Shown in pieces: positions 1 through 7,181 of a DNA stretch of 15,161 nt (its first letter is position 1; each line of letters starts with the position of its first letter). The DNA is from Fibrobacterota bacterium (GTDB lineage: Bacteria; Fibrobacterota; Fibrobacteria; UBA11236), in assembly GCA_043753995.1 (NCBI GenBank), contig JAYUVP010000297.1:1-15161 (forward strand), read 5' to 3'. A model generated the notes under the pieces. It did no database searches. It saw nothing but the letters and a program-made list of their open reading frames with translations, and had not been told where the DNA came from. Made by a program: the position numbers and the translations under genes.

Positions 1-3000
1 CATTGAAGCTGCGGGCGCGTGCGATAATGCCACCCGCATCTGAAATGTTGCTTTCAGTGCCGTTATAACTTCCGGTGGCGTCGGTTGCCCCACTGTTCAG
101 ATGCCACGCGGCCTTCCAGCTATTGTTCGTACTGAAAACGCAAGTGGCGCATTGCCCGTCGCTCATGGAACCATTGGAAACGTCGTTGTAATAAAGCGTG
201 ATGAAATCCGTGTTCGAATTCGCGTCGATTTGGGGAACGAGCACCCAGATCTCGGCCGAATCGACACTCGCCGATCGATCCCAGCGTTCGACTTGATAAT
301 TCAGCCAAGTCTTGCCATCTCCGTCTAGAATGCGAATGTCAGTGGGGGCCGTGGTGCCCGAGCCCTGCACGGCGTCGGTGATGGCCGACCCTGCGACGCG
401 TATTAAAAGCGGAAAATTCGTGACCGAGTCGGCTATATAGGCACCTGTCTTGCTGGTATTGAAGGTGTATTTCAGGGAGCTGTTGAAATCGGCGGGCGAT
501 GGATTGAAAAACGGCGCCGCGTCCCTTCTTTGCGTCTGATAGGCGAGTTTCACCCAATTCGAATCGCGCACAACTCTCGAGATTTGCAATTCATCCAAAA
601 CTCCGCCGAATTTTTCCGTGGTGACCGCTGCGGAGGGTATGCCAAGGCGCAAGGTTGTGGTCGTATTCAATGTTGTTCGTGTAACGCTGGTACTAGTTGC
701 CTTCAAGGTGGCATTGGCATAGACCTTGGCCGTATTCACTCCGTCGAAAGTGCCGGTGATATAAACCCAAGTCCCGACGGAATAGGCCGATGAGGCAGTT
801 AGATCCGCTGTAGCGGTTTCGCTTCCCAGCCGATACCAGACATCGCCATTGGTGCGTGCCTTGAAATTCCAACCCACACCGGAAGCATCGTTTGGCAATT
901 TATCGACGACGCTTTGAAAGGCCAGCGACGAAGATTTCATCCAAAAAGAAACGGTTTGCGCCCTGGTCGATCCCGCCGTGGTACCTAAGCCGATATAATC
1001 GGCGCTGCCATCGAAGGTCTGGCCATAGCCCACACCGGCTGCGACTTGAGAGCCGGCGACCATGCTATTGCCAGTCCCGTGATAGCCATTGCTGGTAGCG
1101 TCGATATAATTGCTGGCATTATCATTACCTGCTTCAGCGAGATGCCAAACGCCAGCATAGCCATTGGCCGTGTCGAAGACGCAAGTTGCGCACTGGCCGT
1201 CGGGCACAGTGACTCCACTGGCCTGTCGATAGTACATGGTGATATAATCGGCATTGCTATTGCCGTCCACCTTGGGCACCCTGACCCATACTTCGGCCGA
1301 GTCGAGACTTTGGCTCCACCTTTCGATTTGATAGTCGAGCCAGGTCGCGCCATCGGCATCAAGAAAGCGAATATCGGCACCACTACTTTGCGTATTGTTC
1401 GTTATGGCTGAATCCGTAATTCGCAAAAGCAGTGGAAAGTTATGAACGTCCCCGGCAACATTGGCCCCGGATGCCGTGGTATTGAATTTGAAGATTTTAT
1501 TGCTCTGAAAGGACGAAGTGCTGAGGGTTGTGGTCGAGAAAAGGGTGCTGCTCGTTTTTTGATTTTCGTAGGCGAGCTTGATGAAATCAGTCGAGGCATA
1601 GGCGTCCTGGATGCCGACTTCTTGGATAAGGCCGTCGAAATAAAGGGCATTGGCTGAGCTTCGTCCAATACGTAAAGTAGTGCTGGTTATGCTTCCCTGG
1701 GTATAGGTGAGCGAATCCCTGGCGGTACCGTTCACGAACAAAACGGCCTTGGTGGCATTGAAGCGCAAGACCACATGCTGCCAGGAATTGAGGGACACGG
1801 CATAAGTCGAAGTCCAAAATTCATTGTCGAGAAGGACCTTGAAATAGCCATTGTCCAGACCGAGACCTGCGCCGTAACTCCCCGCGATATCACCGTCTAT
1901 CACCGTTTCCATTTCGACCACATTGTCCGAAGTGCGAGGATATATCCAAGCGGAAAAGGTGCGTGTACCCGCTGTCGTGGGGACGGTGGTCTGTACATAG
2001 TCGCCGCTGCCGTCGAAAGAGGCGGCTTGGCTGGAAACCTGGCCGGCACCGAAAGCCTGGCTTTGATTGAAGGTTCCGTGATAGGCATTGCCGGTGGCGT
2101 CCCAGGCTTTGTCGCGGGGATCGTTCAGGTGAAAGGCGCCTGCATAGGCCGAAAACACCGAATCGCTGCGGGCCTGCGAATTGAATAGGCAGGTAGGGCA
2201 GCCATAATAAAGGGTTATGTAGTCGGTGGTGCTATTGCCATCGACTTGCGGAACCTTGACCCATACATTGGCGGTTTGATTCTTGGGGTCGAAGTCGACC
2301 GCTTGGTGATAAAGGCGCGAGCCGTCCTTATCGATGAAGAGCAGATCAGTGCCGTCGCTGCGGGCCGAGGCGAAGTCGAAATTGCTGCTGGTGAGGCGGA
2401 CTAAAATGGGAATTTGGGTCACACTATTCGGGACATTCGCCCCGGAAGAGGTGGTATTGAAATTAAGTCTGAGCGACTTTGAATAGTTGAAGCTGCGAAA
2501 GCCGACTCTAACTACGGTGGATCCGGACTTTTGTGATTCGTAGTCCAGTTTGATCCAATCATCGGTCATGGTGGTTTGGGCGAAGCGTAATTCGTCGACA
2601 TAACCATCGAATGGCAAATATTGGTCGGTTGTGCGTATGCCGATTCTTGCCAAGGCAGCCGTGCCCGCCGTCAGAGTTGCAGCAAAGGATGTGTCCAAAA
2701 CGCCGTTGAGATACATCTTGAACGTCGTGCCATCGAAGGTAAGAGCACCATGTGTCCATGTCGAAGTACTTAGAGAATTTTTGGATCGGTATACCGTGCC
2801 ATTGGTGAATATTTCAAGCCGGTTCGAACTGCTGGCCCCACTCATGGTGAAGGCGAAGGCCGTGGTCGAATCGGTTTTGGGAAAGGAGATCATCCGATTT
2901 CCGCCGGAACTGGCGGAAAAGGCGTCAGCGTTGAACCAAGCGCTGACGGTGATCAGGGCCGATGCCGATGGAATGAAATTGGTGCCTGCAGTCAGGGTGA

Positions 3001-4654
3001 TGCGATCATCCGTGCCGTCAAATTCGTGTCCCTTACCTATGATGCCTGTCTGTGAAGTGGCGCCGATCATGTCGGTGCCGTCATTGCCGAAGGAGGAGGC
3101 GTCCTTATAAAGTCCGGCTGTACCCGTGCCTGCCGTTTCTTCACTCAAATGCCAAACTCCGATGAATTCATTGACAGAAGCAAAAGTCCCTGATCCATTC
3201 GAAAGCGATGCCGCACTCGCTTTACCCCAATACATCTTGAGGTATTGCGTATTGTTATTGCCTTCGACAGTAGGCACCATGACCCAGATTTCAGCCAGTT
3301 TATTCGTCGCATCAAAGCGTTCGATTTCATAATTCAACAGGAATCCCGAGCTGTCGGTGAAGCGCAAATCGGCGCCATTGCTTTTGGCCTGCGCGAAGTC
3401 GAAATTGGCATTGGTCAAGCGAATGAGCAGGGGATAATTCGTCAAGTCACTGGTGGTATTGGCGCCAGTGGCCGAAGTATTGATATAGACCTTGCTGGAA
3501 TAAGTCCAGGCCGAAAGATTCGTGTTTTCGAAAGTCAGGGCATAACTATTGGTTTTTTGTGTTTCATACAATAGCTTGATGAAGTCGCTGGATAATTCGC
3601 TATGAATAACATTGAACTCATCCAAGGATCCATTCAGATAATAGCTAGAAGGTGCCCCGGTCCAAGTGAATAGGTTGTCATAGCCCAGGCGCCAATATCC
3701 AGCGTATGAATCCGCATTGGTGTAACTGGCATTGCTGTTCACTACGGCCCCGTCCACATACAAGTAAAGCCCGCTCGCTCCGAAACGTAAAGCGACGTGA
3801 TGCCATTTTCCGTCATTGTAGGCCGAGGTTGTGGAAAGGGTGTTTTGCGAACTACTGTAAAAAACGCCAGCAATCAAGGTGCCGTCATTCTTCATATAAA
3901 CATGTCTATCGTAATTGCCGCTTGCCCCCGTTGCGCTGTTGCCAAACCCGAAAATTTTTCCTCCGGAAGTCGTGGTGGTTTTGAACCAACAGCTCGCGGT
4001 CGCACTGGAGGGATTGGCTAAGGAAGTGGCGGAGGAGACAAACTTAGAACTGCCATTGAGCTTGAAACCTTTGCCGACTTGTGCGGTAATGCTGTCAGCG
4101 GCGGTGGCGGTTCCCTGCGCGGTGCCGCTATTGGCATTGCCCGAAGCGTCGGTGAATTGCGGAGCCGAGCCACCCGGGCTTTCGGCTAAGTGATAAACCA
4201 GTTTATAACTGCTGAATACCGAGGAGCCGCTGGTGATGGCCGAGGCACTGGCATTGCCCCAGTACATGGTGATGTAATCTTGATTGCTATTGCCGTCGAC
4301 TTGCGGCACCTTCACCCAAATTTCGGCTTTGCCGGCCGATACGCTATAGCCATCTATTTCATAGGGCAGGGACGTGCCATCGGGATCCGCGAATCGTAGG
4401 TCCGCCCCGTCCACCTTGGCTTGGCTGAAATAAAAATTCGTGCTATCGAGTTTTACCAATAAAGGGAAAGAGGTGAGATTGCTGGAAACATTGGCACCGG
4501 TGGAAGTGGTATTGAAAGTGATTTTCGTCGAATAATTCCAAGAACTCCATTGCGCTTGCGCCATGCTTGCGAAAAGGGCAGTCATCAGCCAAAGACCGCA
4601 AGCGCGGCCTAGGGGCATTCTTGAAAACCATGAATTCAATCCCAGCAGCTTCAA
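1..4654 (-). CDS. Giant secreted/surface protein with at least five tandem DUF2341 + LamG (concanavalin A-like) units; 3' end lies outside the window
   Basis: I translated the minus frame manually. It begins MKLLGLNSWFSRMPLGRACGLWLMTALFASMAQA|QWSSWNYSTKITFNTTSTGANV, which is signal-peptide-like. TTG at 4654 lies 5 nt after GGAGG; ATG 4618 is an alternative start. The DUF2341-type motif (I/V)WVxVPx(V/I)(D/E) recurs in the same frame with Trp codons at 4316, 3284, 2261, 1286 and 245. The first four are followed by LamG-type motifs (e.g. WHHVALRF..LYVDG, FDGYVDELRF). I found no in-frame stop, and the ORF track has no closed ORF in this frame. Confidence 0.9.
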   Translation of the reverse strand, partial: MKLLGLNSWFSRMPLGRACGLWLMTALFASMAQAQWSSWNYSTKITFNTTSTGANVSSNLTSFPLLVKLDSTNFYFSQAKVDGADLRFADPDGTSLPYEIDGYSVSAGKAEIWVKVPQVDGNSNQDYITMYWGNASASAITSGSSVFSSYKLVYHLAESPGGSAPQFTDASGNANSGTAQGTATAADSITAQVGKGFKLNGSSKFVSSATSLANPSSATASCWFKTTTTSGGKIFGFGNSATGASGNYDRHVYMKNDGTLIAGVFYSSSQNTLSTTSAYNDGKWHHVALRFGASGLYLYVDGAVVNSNASYTNADSYAGYWRLGYDNLFTWTGAPSSYYLNGSLDEFNVIHSELSSDFIKLLYETQKTNSYALTFENTNLSAWTYSSKVYINTSATGANTTSDLTNYPLLIRLTNANFDFAQAKSNGADLRFTDSSGFLLNYEIERFDATNKLAEIWVMVPTVEGNNNTQYLKMYWGKASAASLSNGSGTFASVNEFIGVWHLSEETAGTGTAGLYKDASSFGNDGTDMIGATSQTGIIGKGHEFDGTDDRITLTAGTNFIPSASALITVSAWFNADAFSASSGGNRMISFPKTDSTTAFAFTMSGASSSNRLEIFTNGTVYRSKNSLSTSTWTHGALTFDGTTFKMYLNGVLDTSFAATLTAGTAALARIGIRTTDQYLPFDGYVDELRFAQTTMTDDWIKLDYESQKSGSTVVRVGFRSFNYSKSLRLNFNTTSSGANVPNSVTQIPILVRLTSSNFDFASARSDGTDLLFIDKDGSRLYHQAVDFDPKNQTANVWVKVPQVDGNSTTDYITLYYGCPTCLFNSQARSDSVFSAYAGAFHLNDPRDKAWDATGNAYHGTFNQSQAFGAGQVSSQAASFDGSGDYVQTTVPTTAGTRTFSAWIYPRTSDNVVEMETVIDGDIAGSYGAGLGLDNGYFKVLLDNEFWTSTYAVSLNSWQHVVLRFNATKAVLFVNGTARDSLTYTQGSITSTTLRIGRSSANALYFDGLIQEVGIQDAYASTDFIKLAYENQKTSSTLFSTTTLSTSSFQSNKIFKFNTTASGANVAGDVHNFPLLLRITDSAITNNTQSSGADIRFLDADGATWLDYQIERWSQSLDSAEVWVRVPKVDGNSNADYITMYYRQASGVTVPDGQCATCVFDTANGYAGVWHLAEAGNDNASNYIDATSNGYHGTGNSMVAGSQVAAGVGYGQTFDGSADYIGLGTTAGSTRAQTVSFWMKSSSLAFQSVVDKLPNDASGVGWNFKARTNGDVWYRLGSETATADLTASSAYSVGTWVYITGTFDGVNTAKVYANATLKATSTSVTRTTLNTTTTLRLGIPSAAVTTEKFGGVLDELQISRVVRDSNWVKLAYQTQRRDAAPFFNPSPADFNSSLKYTFNTSKTGAYIADSVTNFPLLIRVAGSAITDAVQGSGTTAPTDIRILDGDGKTWLNYQVERWDRSASVDSAEIWVLVPQIDANSNTDFITLYYNDVSNGSMSDGQCATCVFSTNNSWKAAWHLNSGATDATGSYNGTESNISDAGGIIARARSFN

Positions 4655-4737
4655 CCCAGCCTCCAGGTCGAGAAAGACCCTGGCTAGATTGTACTGGGTG
4701 GCGAAAACGACAGAATGCTACTAGCGAGTCGCTGAGT

Positions 4738-5838
4738 TCAGCGGAGATTAGGTTTTTTGGCCCACCTAGGCAATATCAAGTCGCGCCCCAACAAGTCTTG
4801 TGGCCATCGGCCTCGCGGATGGGTTTGTGATTTTTTAGCTGTCATCACGGTTGCTATTGAACTTAAAGTGGAATTTAAAGTAGGCCAGCCCTGGGGCGTC
4901 CAAAAGAGGGGGCGAATCCACAAGGTCGCCGCGCCATTGGCCTTTGCGTCATAGGCATGGTTCACGATAAAAACGGTGTCGCGGTCGAGGAAAATGGCAT
5001 TGTGCCCAGGACCTTTCCAACGCGCATCGCCTGCATCCACCAAATCGCCGCCGCCCTGAGTCATGTTGACGCCTTTGCTATCGAGATAAGGCCCGGTGAT
5101 ATTTTGGCTGCGACCCACGCGGATATTGTAGGTGCTATTCGCGCCTTGGCAGCATTTGTCCCACGATACGAAGAGATACCAGTAAGACCCGCGACGAAAA
5201 AGAAAGGGCGCCTCAAGGCCCGCGCTGCGATTCGCGAGGGAATACAATTTCGCATCGGGAAGCGGCTTGCCGGTGGCCGAATCCAGGGACACCAATTTGA
5301 TGCCCGACCAGAAGGAGCCGAAGACAAGCCAAGGCGCGCCGGCGGAATCGACAATCACATTGGGATCAATGGCATTAAAATTATCTGTGCTATCCGATCG
5401 AATGACTACGCCTTGATCGATCCAGTCGGCGCGGCCGGTCGCATTCAAGTTTGTTGCCGTGGCCAAGCCAATAGCAGAAACATTGGAACCGAAGCTGGAA
5501 ACCGAATAGTAAAGCCAATACATGCCGTTACGAAAATGGATGTCAGGCGCCCAAAGTGAATTTCCAGATTTGGGCACTTCTAACTTGGTCCATGCAGGAG
5601 GGCTAGGGAAGGCCGACACGCTATTTTTCCACTGAATGCGGTCACTCGAGGTCTTAGCGGACACTCCGTTGCCGGTGCTGAATAGGAAAAAGGTTGACCC
5701 TGACTTGATCATCACAGGATCATGCGCGGCTAAATCTCCACGCAGGGGATTGACTGCTTCCTGGGCTTCGACCCAAGCAGAAAAGCAGGGGCAAAAAAGG
5801 GAGAAGGCGAAAAATACCGTCGCCGCTTTCCGCTTCAC
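4738..5838 (-). CDS. Secreted GH43 glycoside hydrolase, probable arabinan endo-1,5-alpha-L-arabinosidase
   Basis: GH43 five-bladed propeller motifs AHDP, WAPD, NAIDP, FGSFWSGI, LEAPF and GPGHN are present, including the three catalytic acids. A signal peptide (KRKAATVFFAFSLFCPCFSAWVEA) follows GTG 5838. GTG 5868 is an alternative start; the ORF-track start at 5979 looks too long. Confidence 0.88.
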   Translation of the reverse strand: MKRKAATVFFAFSLFCPCFSAWVEAQEAVNPLRGDLAAHDPVMIKSGSTFFLFSTGNGVSAKTSSDRIQWKNSVSAFPSPPAWTKLEVPKSGNSLWAPDIHFRNGMYWLYYSVSSFGSNVSAIGLATATNLNATGRADWIDQGVVIRSDSTDNFNAIDPNVIVDSAGAPWLVFGSFWSGIKLVSLDSATGKPLPDAKLYSLANRSAGLEAPFLFRRGSYWYLFVSWDKCCQGANSTYNIRVGRSQNITGPYLDSKGVNMTQGGGDLVDAGDARWKGPGHNAIFLDRDTVFIVNHAYDAKANGAATLWIRPLFWTPQGWPTLNSTLSSIATVMTAKKSQTHPRGRWPQDLLGRDLILPRWAKKPNLR

Positions 5839-5874
5839 GTCTTGAATGGAATGCACTATTATTTCCACCCATTC

Positions 5875-5880
5875 ATTATA
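5875..5880 (-). promoter_or_regulatory. Candidate -10 box (TATAAT) for the GH43 gene
   Basis: Perfect TATAAT on the minus strand 36 nt upstream of GTG 5838. No convincing -35 is seen. Confidence 0.4.
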
Positions 5881-5907
5881 ACGGCCATGAACCGAATTCA
5901 CCGAGGT

Positions 5908-5930
5908 AAAACCAAGAAAATATTGGTTTT
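5908..5930. promoter_or_regulatory. Inverted repeat in the GH43/GH5 divergent region, candidate operator
   Basis: AAAACCAA-gaaaata-TTGGTTTT: perfect 8-bp arms with a 7-nt spacer and imperfect extension outward. Confidence 0.4.
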
Positions 5931-5981
5931 CCGGGGAATATTCACGAACGGTAGGGCGATTCCTTGCCACCAAGAACAACT

Positions 5982-7115
5982 ATGTCCGCCCTTCCTTCCG
6001 GCACTCCTGACTCGATGACCAAACACGAAAATACCAACCGGACCGCCGACCTTGCCCGCCTGCGCGGCGTGAATTTTGGCGGATGGTTCAGCCAAGTCGA
6101 TGCCATTGAAGAAAAAGACCCTGCCAACTTCCCCGGCCTTCTGGGCCATCTCGACTCCTTTCTCGGCCCTGAGGATTTCGATCGTGTGAAGACATGGGGC
6201 TTCAATCATGTGCGCCTGCCCGTCGACTGGTTCCATGTTTTCGATGCACAAACTTTGGCGCCGCGCGAAGATGTGCTCCGCCGGCTTGATACTGCCATCG
6301 CAGGAATTCAACAGCGCGGCTTGCAAGTGATTTTCGATTTGCATCGCTGTCCCGGACATGATTTTCATGACGGTTCAAAACACGAACAGGCTTTTTTCTC
6401 CGATCCTGCCATGCGCGAGCAATGCAAAAAAGTATGGAGCCATTTAGCCGAACGCTATGGCGATCGCGACGGACTCATTTTGGAAATTCTGAATGAACCG
6501 GTGGCGCCTGAACCTACGATTTGGAATGTGGTGAAGGACGAAATCGTCGCCCATATCCGCAAATACGCTAAGAAATCCACGCTTGCTGTGGGGTCCAATC
6601 GCTGGTGCAATGCCCAGCAATTTCGCCATCTCACTCCTTGCGACGACGATAATATTCTCTATGTCGTGCATTATTACAGCTCGATTTATTTCACGCATCA
6701 ATTCGCTTCGTGGATGCCCGAGGTGTATCAGCGTCGCCAAGTCTATCCCGGAAATTATCCGGCGGCCATGGACGCGCATGGTCAGCATCCCGTGGAAGCC
6801 GGCCTATGGGACCGGTCCCGCATGGAACAGCAATTAGAACCGGCCATTGCCTTCCGTGAGAAGCACAAAGTCCCTGTGATATGCAATGAATTCGGAGTCT
6901 TCGTGGGCGGGGCCGATCGCGAATCGCAATTGCACTGGCTCAACGATTTACTCGGCATTCTCGGTGAAAATGGCATGGGCTGGAGCTATTGGAATTACAA
7001 GAATCTCGATTTCGGCATCCTCAGTCGCGGCGAAAGTTTATTCGCGGAATATCCGCAATACCAGAATCCCGGTCGCATTGACGCCGAGCTCGCCGCATTA
7101 TTGCGTAGCCACTAA
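5982..7115 (+). CDS. GH5 glycoside hydrolase, CelC/cellodextrinase-like (resembles subfamily GH5_37), no signal peptide
   Basis: Motifs LRGVNFGGWFSQ, GFNHVRLPVD, IFDLH, EILNEP (acid/base), VHYY, CNEFG (nucleophile) and WSYWNYK. The start is ATG 5982 or ATG 6015. The N-terminus has no hydrophobic stretch. Confidence 0.9.
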   Translation: MSALPSGTPDSMTKHENTNRTADLARLRGVNFGGWFSQVDAIEEKDPANFPGLLGHLDSFLGPEDFDRVKTWGFNHVRLPVDWFHVFDAQTLAPREDVLRRLDTAIAGIQQRGLQVIFDLHRCPGHDFHDGSKHEQAFFSDPAMREQCKKVWSHLAERYGDRDGLILEILNEPVAPEPTIWNVVKDEIVAHIRKYAKKSTLAVGSNRWCNAQQFRHLTPCDDDNILYVVHYYSSIYFTHQFASWMPEVYQRRQVYPGNYPAAMDAHGQHPVEAGLWDRSRMEQQLEPAIAFREKHKVPVICNEFGVFVGGADRESQLHWLNDLLGILGENGMGWSYWNYKNLDFGILSRGESLFAEYPQYQNPGRIDAELAALLRSH

Positions 7116-7151
7116 AGACTTCTCGCTGAATCAGATCTTGGTCAACCTAAT

Positions 7152-7181
7152 GCATGCGCATTTTCCACTAAGTGCGCATGC
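7152..7181 (+). promoter_or_regulatory. Hairpin/inverted repeat overlapping the GH8 start codon
   Basis: GCATGCGCA (7152-7160) pairs perfectly with TGCGCATGC (7173-7181), extendable inward by a G-U and two A-U pairs. ATG 7178-7180 is in the 3' arm. Confidence 0.45.

Noticed and set aside
4655..4737. Intrinsic terminator between GH43 and the giant gene
   Set aside because: Only a short weak stem (around agcgagtcgct) is present, without a U-tract. Read-through remains plausible.
101..4830. Many short ORFs in the track on both strands
   Set aside because: They are shadows of the single long minus-strand DUF2341-LamG frame and show no recognisable motifs.
5839..5979. Long N-terminal extension of GH43 in the ORF track
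   Set aside because: It would bury the signal peptide, cover the TATAAT and inverted repeat, and collide with the divergent GH5 start region.
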